This document shows positions 48,011-58,243 of a stretch of DNA of 64,000 bases, piece by piece. How positions within the stretch are numbered: position 1 is the first letter of the stretch; each line of letters starts with the position of its first letter. The position numbers and the translations under genes were made by a program. The notes under the pieces were generated by a model. It had not been told where the DNA came from. It ran no database searches and saw only the letters and a program-made list of their open reading frames with translations. This DNA is from an uncultured candidatus Porisulfidus sp. (GTDB lineage: Bacteria > Pseudomonadota > Gammaproteobacteria > Poriferisulfidales > Poriferisulfidaceae), in NCBI GenBank assembly GCA_965116025.1, contig OZ220480.1, positions 1,088,001 through 1,152,000 on the forward strand. The letters run 5' to 3'.

Positions 48011-49186
48011 ATGCGACGAGGCGAAACGGGCAGATACGAGGTTACGGCGGCCCACGGCGAGACCGTCCGGGCGTTCGTGCCCTTCAAATTGCCACCGGAT
48101 CCCTCCTTGCGCCTGTCGGCCCTGCAAGATCCTTTGGAGAAAGCGTTGCTCGCGCTGGGTCGCTTGGATAGTCTTTCGACCTTGCCCTTGCTTCCTGACC
48201 CTCATCTGTTCCTTTACCGATACATCAGAAAAGAGGCGGTTCTGTCGTCGCAAATCGAGGGCACGCAATCGTCGCTGTCGGATCTTCTGCTGTTCGAAAT
48301 GGATGAGGCGCCCGGCGTTCCTCTCGATGACGTGGTCGAAGTCTCTAACTACGTGATAGCTCTGGAGCATGGGTTGCGGAGGCTTCGGGATGGCTTTCCG
48401 CTCTGCAACCGCCTGATCCGTGAGGTGCATGCCAAACTGCTGAGCCGGGGTCGTGGTGGCGACAAGAAGCCAGGCGAGTTTCGGAGATCCCAGAATTGGA
48501 TTGGCGGCTCTCGTCCGGGAATCGCGAATTTCGTTCCGCCACCGGCCAGCGCGGTGTCCGACTGCATGTCCGATCTGGAAAAATTCTTCCACAGGCCGGA
48601 TTCTGGACTGCCCGCGCTCCTGCGGGCGGGGCTCGTTCACGCGCAATTCGAGACCATACATCCCTTCCTTGATGGCAATGGCCGGGTCGGTCGCTTGCTG
48701 ATCACGTTGATGCTATGTCACGACCGCGCGTTGCGGGAACCGTTGCTGTATCTGAGTCTCTACTTCAAGAGATATCGAAGCGATTACTACGAGTTGCTCA
48801 GCGAGGTGCGGAAGACAGGGGACTGGGAGGCGTGGCTCGCGTTCTTTCTCGATGGCGTGGCGAATACTTCCGAAGAGGCGGTTTCTACCGCGCGACGGCT
48901 TCAGTCGTTGTTCCAGAAGGACCGAGATCGAATCCAGAAGAAAGGCCGCGTGGCGGGATCGGCGTTACGCGTCCACCAAGCTCTGCAGGAGCGTCCGATC
49001 ATATCGCTTCCCAAGCTAGTCGATCATGCTGATCTTTCCTTTCCAGCGGCTTCCAGCGGCATGAGGATTCTCGAGGAGATGAACGTCGCGCGGGAATTGA
49101 CTGGACGGAAGCGAAACCGCCTGTTCGGTTATGACCGCTACCTTGCCATTCTCAACGAGGAAACCGAGCCATTAGGATCGACCTGA
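48011..49186 (+). CDS. Fic family protein
   Basis: EAVLSSQIEG inhibitory motif, HPFLDGNGRVGR and a C-terminal wHTH-like region. Confidence 0.92.
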   Translation: MRRGETGRYEVTAAHGETVRAFVPFKLPPDPSLRLSALQDPLEKALLALGRLDSLSTLPLLPDPHLFLYRYIRKEAVLSSQIEGTQSSLSDLLLFEMDEAPGVPLDDVVEVSNYVIALEHGLRRLRDGFPLCNRLIREVHAKLLSRGRGGDKKPGEFRRSQNWIGGSRPGIANFVPPPASAVSDCMSDLEKFFHRPDSGLPALLRAGLVHAQFETIHPFLDGNGRVGRLLITLMLCHDRALREPLLYLSLYFKRYRSDYYELLSEVRKTGDWEAWLAFFLDGVANTSEEAVSTARRLQSLFQKDRDRIQKKGRVAGSALRVHQALQERPIISLPKLVDHADLSFPAASSGMRILEEMNVARELTGRKRNRLFGYDRYLAILNEETEPLGST

Positions 49187-49364
49187 TTTCCGGGGATGCC
49201 ATGGGAGCGACCCGCCACGCCGCGGGTCGAACGGAGATCGACAGGATCCGCTCGGGATCGTGGTGGACCGGCGCTAATTTCCAGAAGCGCGCGAGCCATG
49301 CGAAGGAGGAAGCGTGGCGCGTGCCGCGGTGCCCTTCGCTTCTCGAGTGGCGTTTCTCGTTCCG

Positions 49365-49670
49365 TCAGGTCTTGAATTCTCGTGGACGCTGGGCACGGCC
49401 TTCCAGCAGACCCTCCACCCGCGCCATCCTTTGGCCAAGGGCCGCGATATCTCGGCTCGTCTCCTTGCGGTGGTCGGCCATATCCTCTCGGAGGCTGGCG
49501 ATATCCCGGCTCGTCTCCCTACGGTGGTCGGCCATGTCCTTGTGAAGTTCGGTCATATCCTTCCGGAGCTCGGTCATGTCCCGGTGAAGTTTGCCGGAGT
49601 CCCGATGCAGGCTCCAAAGAAATGCCAGAATGGCGGCTGTGGTGCCCAGTTGAATCGCGGTCTCGATCAT
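49365..49670 (-). CDS. Small TM plus coiled-coil repeat protein, copy 1
   Basis: MIETAIQLG..FLWSLHRD..(DMADHRRETSRDIASLRE)n..RMARVEGLLEG. Confidence 0.75.
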   Translation of the reverse strand: MIETAIQLGTTAAILAFLWSLHRDSGKLHRDMTELRKDMTELHKDMADHRRETSRDIASLREDMADHRKETSRDIAALGQRMARVEGLLEGRAQRPREFKT

Positions 49671-49831
49671 GATTTCGTTCCTTAGAGTTCTTGGCCGGAC
49701 CGTCTTAAATTCCAACCGTCGGTTAGTTCGGAATGCCCACTTGATGAACTCCGCTTGCCGAAGGCGTGTGGCGACACTCTAGCCGAACATATCCGGCATC
49801 GCCATGCGCGCCTGAACGCGCGCGTGGCCCG

Positions 49832-50173
49832 TCAATCTTGAAGCTCTGGAGGTTGGTGCGCGGCGATGCCTTCCAGCAGACCCTCCACCCGCGCCATCCG
49901 CTGGCCGAGGGCGGCGATATCCTGACTCGTTTCCTTGCGATGATCAGCGATATCCCGGCTCGTCTCCTTGCGGTGGTCGGCCATGTCCTCTCGGAGGCTG
50001 GCGATATCCCGGCTCGTCTCCCTACGGTGGTCGGCCATGTCCTTGTGAAGCTCGGTCATATCCTTCCGGAGCTCGGTCATGTCCCGGTGAAGCTTGCCGG
50101 AGTCCCGATGCAGGCTCCAAAGAAATGCCAGAATGGCGGCTGTGGTGCCCAGTTGAATCGCGGTCTCGATCAT
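49832..50173 (-). CDS. Small TM plus coiled-coil repeat protein, copy 2
   Basis: Near-identical to copy 1, with one extra 11-aa unit and a different tail. Confidence 0.75.
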   Translation of the reverse strand: MIETAIQLGTTAAILAFLWSLHRDSGKLHRDMTELRKDMTELHKDMADHRRETSRDIASLREDMADHRKETSRDIADHRKETSQDIAALGQRMARVEGLLEGIAAHQPPELQD

Positions 50174-50452
50174 GATTTCGTTCCTTAAGAGTTCTTGGCC
50201 GGACCGTCTTAAATTCCAACCGTCGGTTAGTTCGGAATGCCCTCTTGATCAACTCCGTTTGTCGAGGGCATGTGGCGACAGTCTAACATGGCCCGGACCA
50301 AGCCAGACGCCCGGATCGAATCTTGGCCTGAATTGAAGGGTGGCGCGGGGATCGGCTCCCGATCTTCCGCGAGATATTTTCGCTGACGATACTTGAAAAG
50401 TCTTGGCGGAAGCCGCAATTTAAGCGCTGTCGAAGCATTTTGGTGAGTTTTC

Positions 50453-52318
50453 GTGACCGAACTGGAGAAACAGCGTCACGCCTTTGAGGCGGAAGTCGAT
50501 CAGGTGCTGCATCTGGTGGCCCATTCCCTGTACTCGCACAAGGAGATTTTCCTGCGCGAGTTGATCTCCAACGCGGCGGACGCGCTGGACCGTCTCCGCT
50601 TCGAGGCGCTGTCGAACGATGGTTTGTACGATGGGGACAGCGAACTGGGAATTCGCATCGAGGTGGACGCGAAAGGCCGAACCCTGACTATTTCCGATAA
50701 TGGCATCGGCATGAGTCGCGAGGAGGTCGTCAGCAACATCGGCACCATCGCCCGCTCCGGCACGCGCGCGTTCTTGCAGTCGCTCGACAAGGAGAAGCGG
50801 GGCGAGATCAGCCAGATTGGGCAATTCGGGGTCGGCTTCTACTCGGCGTTCATCGTGGCCGACCAAGTGACCCTGCTCACTCGTCGCGCGGGCGAGGATC
50901 AGGGGACGCGTTGGGAGTCCGACGGAAAGGGTGGGTACGATCTCTCCCAAGCGGATTCGCTTCCACGCGGCACTTCGGTCGCCTTGCGTTTGAAAGAAGA
51001 CGAATCCGAGTTCTTGGAGGATTATCGGTTGCGCGAGGTGATCAAGCGGTACTCGGATCATTCCCCGTTCCCTATCCTCCTGCAGTCGCGCGACGATAAG
51101 GGAGAGCCCACGGGCGATTGGGACACGGTCAATCAGGCGAAGGCGCTGTGGACGCGCCCGAAGAAAGATTTGAGCGACGAGGATTACCGCGAATTCTACC
51201 CGCATGTCGCGCATGACTCGAACCCGCCGCTGGCTTGGACGCACCACCGGGTGGAAGGGCGGAACGAATACAGCTTGTTGCTGTATCTGCCGAGCAAGGC
51301 CCCGTTCGATCTGACGGATCCGAATCCGCGGCACGGCGTCAAACTGTACGTGCAGCGGGTCTTCATTCTGGACGATCCGGACAAGCTCATGCCGCGCTAC
51401 CTGCGGTTCGTGCGCGGGGTCGTCGATTCGAGCGATTTGCCGCTGAACATCTCCCGGGAGTTGTTGCAGAGCAACCGCGTGCTGGAAACCATCCGCAGCG
51501 CCTGCGCGCGGAGGGTTCTGGATCTACTAGAGGATCTGAGCGAGAACCGAAAGGAGGACTATGCTGAGTTTTGGGCGGAGTTCGGTGGCGCGCTGAAAGA
51601 AGGGGTTATCGAGGATGTCGGGAACCAAGCGCGAATCCTGAAACTATTGCGCTTCCACTCGACCCATGGCGATGACGGCGCGCCGGAAGTCGCCTTGGAC
51701 GACTACATCGGGCGCATGGGGAAGGGACAGGAGAAGATCTATTTTCTGACGAGCGACAGCTTGGTGGCCGCCCGGAACAGTCCACATCTGGAGGCGTTTC
51801 GGGAGCGGGGCGTCGAGGTGTTGCTTATGACGCATCCGGTCGATGAGTGGATGATGAGCTGGGTGCGGGAATATGAAGGAAAAACCTTTCGGTCTATCGC
51901 CGAAGGAGAGCTTGATCTGCCAGGGGCGAAGGAGGGGAAACCGGAGAAGGAATCCGCTGGCGACGATCCGTTGTGCGAGCGCATCAGGGAAGTTCTTGGC
52001 GACGAGGTGGAGGAAGTGCGCCGCTCTTCGCGGCTGACCGATTCTCCGTCCTGCCTGGTTCGTGGCGAGAACGAGATCTCACCGGCATTGTGGGATCTGA
52101 TGCGTCGGCAAGGGCAGACCTTACCGAAGCCGAAGCGGATTCTCGAGGTCAACCCGGAGCACGGTTTGCTACAGCGGATGCGAGACGACGAGGATCGGTT
52201 TTCGGACTGGTCGCGCTGGTTGCTGGATCAGGCGGTTCTGGCGGACGGCGGGACGCTTGAGGACCCCAGCGCGTTCGTGGGCCGGATGAACGCGTTACTG
52301 GCATCGGGGTCGGAGTGA
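50453..52318 (+). CDS. htpG: Chaperone HtpG (Hsp90)
   Basis: LYSHKEIFLRELISNA, DNGIGM and IGQFGVGFYS motifs. Confidence 0.97.
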   Translation: MTELEKQRHAFEAEVDQVLHLVAHSLYSHKEIFLRELISNAADALDRLRFEALSNDGLYDGDSELGIRIEVDAKGRTLTISDNGIGMSREEVVSNIGTIARSGTRAFLQSLDKEKRGEISQIGQFGVGFYSAFIVADQVTLLTRRAGEDQGTRWESDGKGGYDLSQADSLPRGTSVALRLKEDESEFLEDYRLREVIKRYSDHSPFPILLQSRDDKGEPTGDWDTVNQAKALWTRPKKDLSDEDYREFYPHVAHDSNPPLAWTHHRVEGRNEYSLLLYLPSKAPFDLTDPNPRHGVKLYVQRVFILDDPDKLMPRYLRFVRGVVDSSDLPLNISRELLQSNRVLETIRSACARRVLDLLEDLSENRKEDYAEFWAEFGGALKEGVIEDVGNQARILKLLRFHSTHGDDGAPEVALDDYIGRMGKGQEKIYFLTSDSLVAARNSPHLEAFRERGVEVLLMTHPVDEWMMSWVREYEGKTFRSIAEGELDLPGAKEGKPEKESAGDDPLCERIREVLGDEVEEVRRSSRLTDSPSCLVRGENEISPALWDLMRRQGQTLPKPKRILEVNPEHGLLQRMRDDEDRFSDWSRWLLDQAVLADGGTLEDPSAFVGRMNALLASGSE

Positions 52319-52450
52319 CGCGATAGTCGCTTCTGCCCGCGTCTCGGCCTGAAGCGAGGACTCTTGCCCCTCGGAGTCCATTCACTGGAATAATGTTTTC
52401 GCCGCGACGGCCGGGAAGGCGTCGTGAGGTCGCGGAAGGTCAGGGATAGA

Positions 52451-53518
52451 ATGAGCGGGCAGGCGCCCATCATGGAAAATCTGGAATTATTCGGAAATTC
52501 GCGCTCGCGAAAGAGCCCGAGAGTGGAGGTTTTGTGTGGCGACGCGCTGGACATGCTCAAAGAGATTCCCCCATCGTCGATCGATTGCCGCGTCACGTCT
52601 CCTCCCTACTGGGGGCAGCGAGAATACAGCAATGGTGGCGTCGGGCTGGAGTCCAAGCCTGATGACTACATCGACCGCATTTGCCGAATCGCTTCGGAGA
52701 TTCGGCGCGTCCTCACTCCGGCAGGATCGTTTTGGCTGAACATAGGTGACGCGTATCGGGATAAATCTCTCGTCGGGATACCTTGGCGCGTCGCGATAAA
52801 GCTTATGGACGAGCAAGGCTGGATATTGCGGAACGACGTTATTTGTCACAAAGTGAAGGGCGCGCCCGACAACTCCAGAGACAAGCTCAGGCACGTCTAC
52901 GAGGACATGTTCCATTTCGTGCTTAGTAAACAGTGTTACTACGACATAGACTCGATCCGCTCAAAGCCTCGCCGCACCACAATCAAGAATGGGGCGGTCA
53001 TTTCCGCGACCGGCGTGTCGGGAGTTCGGTATAAGAGACAAATCGAGTTGTCTACCGCTTTGACCGACGAGGAAAAGAAAAACGCGCTTTCGTCGCTTGA
53101 CGATATTTTGTCGGAGATGGCGGCGGGCCGCTTGTCGGATTTTCGCATGATAATTCGTGGCCAACAGCGGGCGACGCACTCGGACAGCGAACGATTGTCT
53201 GGACGAGCGAAAGAACTGCGGAAGAAAGGGTTTTATTTCCTGAAATATCATCCAGACGGAGCGAAGCCGCCAGATGTGTGGGACATCATTCCCGAAGATA
53301 CGCAGAAGAGAGCGAATCACTTCGCGCCATACCCGGAAGACCTGTGCCGAATACCCGTGATCTCTACGTGCCCGCCTGGCGGGGTCGTTCTTGATCCGTT
53401 CTGCGGCACGGGAACCACTCTCGCCGTGGCTATCAGGCTTGGAAGGGCTGGTATTGGCATCGACATTTCGCCAGAATACGTGGAGATGACTAAAGCCCGT
53501 ATCGCTTCGTTGCGATGA
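52451..53518 (+). CDS. N4/N6 DNA methyltransferase (beta class)
   Basis: TSPPY precedes HFAPYP and LDPFCGTGTT. Confidence 0.9.
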   Translation: MSGQAPIMENLELFGNSRSRKSPRVEVLCGDALDMLKEIPPSSIDCRVTSPPYWGQREYSNGGVGLESKPDDYIDRICRIASEIRRVLTPAGSFWLNIGDAYRDKSLVGIPWRVAIKLMDEQGWILRNDVICHKVKGAPDNSRDKLRHVYEDMFHFVLSKQCYYDIDSIRSKPRRTTIKNGAVISATGVSGVRYKRQIELSTALTDEEKKNALSSLDDILSEMAAGRLSDFRMIIRGQQRATHSDSERLSGRAKELRKKGFYFLKYHPDGAKPPDVWDIIPEDTQKRANHFAPYPEDLCRIPVISTCPPGGVVLDPFCGTGTTLAVAIRLGRAGIGIDISPEYVEMTKARIASLR

Positions 53519-54373
53519 GTAAAGTCGTGGACCTGTTCGGAGTAGATGTCGCCGCGAGTCGTGGCGTGGACTGGGAGCGGTTGCTTGCGGATCAGCAGTG
53601 CCCTTTCATAGAGAAGAAATGTCACAAGGTAAGGAAGTCCCAACCCGAAATCTCCATCGGAATATGCGCGGTAAGTCATGGGCGCGAATCCGTTCCAATC
53701 ATTATTTGTCCGAATCGCTTTCTTGAACGACGGCAGATTTTCGTTGATTGTCTACATCTATTGAAAGCCCATTCGCCGGGCCAAGAGTTGCACGTTGTGC
53801 CTGAGGTTGGCGTTCCAGGCGGCAGTGTGGATTTTCTTCTCGCTTCTACTCTGGATGGGCGCGTCAGGGATTTTGTCGGGATCGAAATTCAAGCGCTGGA
53901 TACTACCGGCACTGTATGGCCGGAGCGGCAACGTTTGCTTCGCGATTTGGGGTTCGACGTTGAAGATGCTGATATCCATTCAGACAAGCTTTATGGCATG
54001 AATTGGAAGATGACGGCCAAGACTCTACTGGTGCAACTTGCATCATAAGGCGCGTACCTTCGAGCATTTGAACAAGCATCTTGTGCTGGTGGTTCAGGAC
54101 CAGCTTCTGGGCTACATGAATCGAGAATTTAGATTTGAGCATCTGAATGCGGCCCGAGATGCTGATTCCAGGCACTTTCACTCCTACCGCTTGGCGGAAA
54201 ACCCAGGGGGACACCGGGTCGCTTTGTCAGAACGCTACAGCACAGATACCGAGGGAATCGCCGTTTGTTTAGATCTTCGGGCCGATGCGAGCGTAGACTT
54301 GGCGCATATCGTGGCAGGCGTCGAGTCGAAAATATCAGAGGATACTCTGCTCGATTTCGCTGGCGATGATTGA
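53515..54373 (+). pseudogene. NotI-like restriction endonuclease, frameshifted at about 54040
   Basis: CPF...CHK...GICAV...ICPNRF Cys cluster and VDF...GIEIQ nuclease motif. GTG CAA CTT G CAT CAT AAG has one extra base splitting VQL|HHK. Confidence 0.75.
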
Positions 54374-54522
54374 TGCGGGAATCCAGAGGCGAATATAGGG
54401 CGATTTTGAGAAGGCGCGGAGGCTGTAGAGCCAAAGCTGAAAAATCCGCCACTTCCAGATTAGCGCCATCCGCGATCAAACGAGATTGATTTCGAGCCGA
54501 GTCGTCGAGACCGGACTCTCGC

Positions 54523-54732
54523 TCACCTCAATCTATCGTAGCGATAGTTTCCCTTGATCGCGCTGTTGAAATATTTGCCCTTGGATTCCGCTTGCAGGAA
54601 ATCCTCGAAGACCGAAGAATCAACGTCGTAATAGACATAGACGCGACGGGACTCCAGAAAGCGCACGCAAAGTACCATGGAGGTGGGATCATAGCCGATC
54701 TCCTCGACGCTGGATGATGTCACGCGACGCAT
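54523..54732 (-). CDS. KTSC domain protein
   Basis: VTSSSVEEIGYD...L.VRF...YVYYDV...AESKGKYFNSAIKG. Confidence 0.88.
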   Translation of the reverse strand: MRRVTSSSVEEIGYDPTSMVLCVRFLESRRVYVYYDVDSSVFEDFLQAESKGKYFNSAIKGNYRYDRLR

Positions 54733-54781
54733 GGGCGGTATGGCTTTTCCCGATCTCAAAGGGCGGGTTATTCTAGGGCTT

Positions 54782-55144
54782 TTAGACGTCCAGCATCAGC
54801 TTGAGCGGTTTTCGCATCCCCGCGATCTTGCAGGCTTGCTGCCCATAACCGAACGGAAACAGACTGTACAGATACCGGCGGGAAGCTTTGTCTTCCTCTC
54901 CGTTCGCCCGTTCCTTCAGGTGCTTCAGGACGGCGCGGGCCTCCGGCACAACGTGCCGCTCCTCGTAGCGCTCCCGGACGAAGTCGATCACCACCCAGTG
55001 TTCCGGAGTGAGGAGGATTTTTTCCTCGGCCGCGATCTCCAGGGCGAGCTCGCGGCTCCACGCCGCCGGGTCAAGCAGGAAGCCCTCGTTATCCTTTTCC
55101 GGGATTTGAGAGCGAGACGGGTTGTTGGCTTTGGGATCGCTCAT
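54782..55144 (-). CDS. DsrC/TusE family homologue lacking the terminal Cys (RspA-type)
   Basis: DNEGFLLDP..W, LTPEHW.VI and YLYSLFP motifs; ends QACKIAGMRKPLKLMLDV. Confidence 0.85.
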   Translation of the reverse strand: MSDPKANNPSRSQIPEKDNEGFLLDPAAWSRELALEIAAEEKILLTPEHWVVIDFVRERYEERHVVPEARAVLKHLKERANGEEDKASRRYLYSLFPFGYGQQACKIAGMRKPLKLMLDV

Positions 55145-55147
55145 GGG

Positions 55148-55567
55148 CTATCCGACCAGTTTCAGCAAGGCCGCGCGAGGCGTCACGATATCGGCGATCG
55201 TGCGCTCGTCCAGCGCGGCCAGAAATTTGTCCGTCGCGTGATCGATCACTCCTCTCAAGGCGCAGACCGGAAGGATTGGGCAGGGCTTCGTATCGCAGTC
55301 GACGAGATTCAGGGTCGATTCCATGTCTCGAACCACCATGCCGACCGTGATGTCTTCTGCGGGTCGGGCTAGTTGGACCCCGCCGCCGCGCCCTTGGACC
55401 GAAAGGACGTAGCCAAGGGACGCCAGCCGGTTTACCACCTTCGTGAGCAGGTGGCGATTCATCCGGAATTTCTCCGCGATCTCATCGATCGTCGACGCGC
55501 TTTCCGGCCGAAGAGCCAGGCACATCAGGACGCGCAGGGCGTTGTCGGTGTATCGGGTCAGTCGCAT
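55148..55567 (-). CDS. nsrR: Rrf2-family NO-sensing repressor
   Basis: MRLTRYTDNALRVL, GRGGG and LVDC-x4-CPILPVC motifs. Confidence 0.85.
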   Translation of the reverse strand: MRLTRYTDNALRVLMCLALRPESASTIDEIAEKFRMNRHLLTKVVNRLASLGYVLSVQGRGGGVQLARPAEDITVGMVVRDMESTLNLVDCDTKPCPILPVCALRGVIDHATDKFLAALDERTIADIVTPRAALLKLVG

Positions 55568-55579
55568 GGCGCGCCAAGA

Positions 55580-56152
55580 TCAGGAATAATGGGCTCGTGG
55601 CCGCGCCAGCGATTGAACGTTCATGAACAGGGGCAAGGCCCAGATCATGCAGAGCGCCGCCGCGACGATCAGGAGCCCTTGGCCGAGCAGAATCTGGTCA
55701 TCCAGCAAATAACTGTTGCAGAGTCTGTCCGGGGAAATCAGGTAGATCCATCCCAGCCGGGCCAGCATGACGAGAAACTCGATTTTCAGCAGCGCGGCGA
55801 CGATGGGATGCAGGGCGGGCCAGCTCAGCGACAGAGGAAACCCGACCAGAAAGGCGAGGGAGAGGTATTTCAGCCAAGCCACGCTTTCGTATGCCAGCGA
55901 GTAGTCCAGCCATTTCGGGATCATCCAGAACGCCAGCGCGAAGCTCGCGATCAGGACTCCCGGCGCGCCGCCACGATTGAGAACGCGCAGCGCCTTGGAC
56001 CATCTTTCCCGAAAAGGATGGGCGATGAGGTAACCGGCCAAGGCGAGCAGGGGCAACTGGACCATGACGTGACTGGTCATGGCGCTCTCGAGGAATCCTC
56101 TCGCCGGCGTGGTCAGCGTCAGCGCGAGGATGGCGACTCCGGCCCACGCCAT
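55580..56152 (-). CDS. CtaG-like membrane protein (orf1 of norSY-senC-orf1-type clusters)
   Basis: LESAMTSHVMVQLPLL, FWMIP and RLCNSY; multiple TM segments. Confidence 0.65.
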   Translation of the reverse strand: MAWAGVAILALTLTTPARGFLESAMTSHVMVQLPLLALAGYLIAHPFRERWSKALRVLNRGGAPGVLIASFALAFWMIPKWLDYSLAYESVAWLKYLSLAFLVGFPLSLSWPALHPIVAALLKIEFLVMLARLGWIYLISPDRLCNSYLLDDQILLGQGLLIVAAALCMIWALPLFMNVQSLARPRAHYS

Positions 56153-56153
56153 T

Positions 56154-56774
56154 TCAGGAGCCTTTGGCGCGTTCCGAGATCTCGTCGACGATGGACCGGA
56201 CGTCCGCGTAATCGTAAACACCGATGAGCCGATTGGACTCGACCAGGTGGAACGCGGCGTTGTGGACGAATCCCCCATATCCGTCGGGGACGATCGTCAC
56301 GCCGAATTCCTTGAGGAGCCGTCGTTCCGGCTCGGGGTCGGAAAACCGCAGGGCCTGCCACAGATCCGTCTCGGCCGCGTGCCGATCCAGATAGGCCGCC
56401 AGGGTTCGCGGCGATTCGTTCCTCGAATCGAAACTCACGCTCAGTAGTTCCACGCGGTCCGACAGTTCCCGCTCTTTCAGGGCGGCCTGCAACTGGGCGA
56501 ATTCCCGCCCCATCGCCACGCATGTCGTTGGGCAGCGCGTGTAGATGAAGCCGACGACCTGGTGGCTTCGGCCAGGCCGGCCGAGCGCGCGCGGCGTTCC
56601 TTCGTGATTCTCTAGAAGGACGGGCGTCAGCTCTCGCGGCGTTTCTTGGAGCGCGACGCGCCTTTCGGTCTCGGTGGTGAACGCGCGTAAGCCGGACGTT
56701 CCGGCCCACAGCGCGCTTGAGCCGGCGAGGATGACCGCGCAGGAGGCCAGAATGGTGGGCAGGAGCGATTTCAT
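56154..56774 (-). CDS. senC: SCO1/SenC copper chaperone
   Basis: FIYTRCPTTC, SVSFD and FVHNA motifs; ATGA overlap with the subunit I gene. Confidence 0.88.
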   Translation of the reverse strand: MKSLLPTILASCAVILAGSSALWAGTSGLRAFTTETERRVALQETPRELTPVLLENHEGTPRALGRPGRSHQVVGFIYTRCPTTCVAMGREFAQLQAALKERELSDRVELLSVSFDSRNESPRTLAAYLDRHAAETDLWQALRFSDPEPERRLLKEFGVTIVPDGYGGFVHNAAFHLVESNRLIGVYDYADVRSIVDEISERAKGS

Positions 56775-58216
56775 TCCGGGTCGACTCTGCCAAGCCGGGC
56801 GATGAGCGAACTCAGGAAAACCACGATACCGGCCAGGACCGCGGCGCCGAACACGGAGGCGAGTTGGTCGTGCGGGAGCCATTCCGGGTAGTGGACGGCC
56901 CAGCGACGGGGGACGCTCGCGCTGCCGCTGACCAGAAACGTGAGGCAGAACCCGAAGCCCCCGCCCGCGAAGAGCCAGAAGCCGACGCCGTCCATTTTCG
57001 ACACGCGCGCGTCGGGATGGGCGCGGGTCGCGTAGTACATGAAGCCGAATAGCATGGCGACCAGCCCCAGGATCAGGTACATGTGAAAGTGGCCAGGCAC
57101 CCACATCGTGTTGTGCATCACGCTGTTGACCATGATGGTCCCGTCGATCACGGCCGGGATCACGCCCGCGGCCCAGCCGAACATGGACAGGAACAGAAGG
57201 CCCGACGCCATATCCCATCGGATGCCCGAGCGGTGGACGAGCATCATGGCTCCGTAGACCGTCACGACCAGCACCGGCAGGCCGCTCGCGTAAGAGATGA
57301 CCTGTCCCATAACCAGCATCCAGGTTGGCATGACGAAGTCCATCAAGAGATGGTGGGGATAGACGATCATGACCATCAGGGTCGACGCGGTCCAGGCGGC
57401 CAGGAAGACCCGGCTGACCTTCCAGGGACGTTTCGCGTATTCGGGAAGGATCTCGTAGACCGCGACCACGGCCTGATAGATGGTCGCGTTGATGAACACG
57501 TGCCCGAAGAAGTACGTCAGGTTCTTCGCGAGCAGCGGGTCGAGCTGAAACGCGGGGAGAAACAGGTTGAGCAGGATCAGCGCGAGGACGATGGCGCCGG
57601 CGGCGATGCCCGCGATGTTGACGATCAGCACCATGGTGGCCGCGACCACGGTGGCGGGCGGCGCTTCCTGATCGCTTCCCCGGAACAACTGTGGCCAACC
57701 CAAGCTTTTGCCAAAATTTCCATACTTGGCGAGAATGGCCCGAGCCACATCCAGATACAGTAGCAGGAATCCCGTTCCTATGGCTAGCAAGCCAGCGAGA
57801 TAGGAGGCGGCGCCGACGGGGCCCCACATCCCGAGCCCGTGGGAAGGCAAGGGAAACAGGAAGGTCCAGCCGCCACCGAATCCGCCGAGGAAGATCCCGC
57901 CCAGAACCAGGATCGCGCCGATCAGGAACAGCGCCAGATTGAGGAGAAGCACGGCGGCGCTCAGTGCCACGTACTTTCGCAGAAAGTACCACAGGACGGC
58001 GCTGGCCGCGAGCCCGACCGCGCCGACCAGCCCGGCGCCGTGGGCGGTCATCGCTTGGTAGAACAAATCGGGCGGCAGGCTCAACCATCGCGCTTGGGCC
58101 AGTCGCATGAGCACGCCGACCCCCATCATCAAAACGAAGATGGTGACGCTCACCGACAAGTAGGCGATCAGCGCGTTTTTGCTGACGCGGGTCAGGTTCC
58201 CGTGCGTTCTGAACAT
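56771..58216 (-). CDS. Heme-copper superfamily subunit I, sNOR-type NO reductase (NorY-like)
   Basis: Polytopic membrane protein; MTAHG, FFGHVFIN (Asn at His+4), YPHH and PGHFH ligands. Confidence 0.8.
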   Translation of the reverse strand: MFRTHGNLTRVSKNALIAYLSVSVTIFVLMMGVGVLMRLAQARWLSLPPDLFYQAMTAHGAGLVGAVGLAASAVLWYFLRKYVALSAAVLLLNLALFLIGAILVLGGIFLGGFGGGWTFLFPLPSHGLGMWGPVGAASYLAGLLAIGTGFLLLYLDVARAILAKYGNFGKSLGWPQLFRGSDQEAPPATVVAATMVLIVNIAGIAAGAIVLALILLNLFLPAFQLDPLLAKNLTYFFGHVFINATIYQAVVAVYEILPEYAKRPWKVSRVFLAAWTASTLMVMIVYPHHLLMDFVMPTWMLVMGQVISYASGLPVLVVTVYGAMMLVHRSGIRWDMASGLLFLSMFGWAAGVIPAVIDGTIMVNSVMHNTMWVPGHFHMYLILGLVAMLFGFMYYATRAHPDARVSKMDGVGFWLFAGGGFGFCLTFLVSGSASVPRRWAVHYPEWLPHDQLASVFGAAVLAGIVVFLSSLIARLGRVDPE

Positions 58217-58243
58217 GCTCTTTCCTCCAGCGCGTCGGCCGCT

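Noticed and set aside
49365-50290. CRISPR-like appearance of the short repeats
   Set aside because: Repeats are in-frame coding units with no unique spacers and no cas genes.
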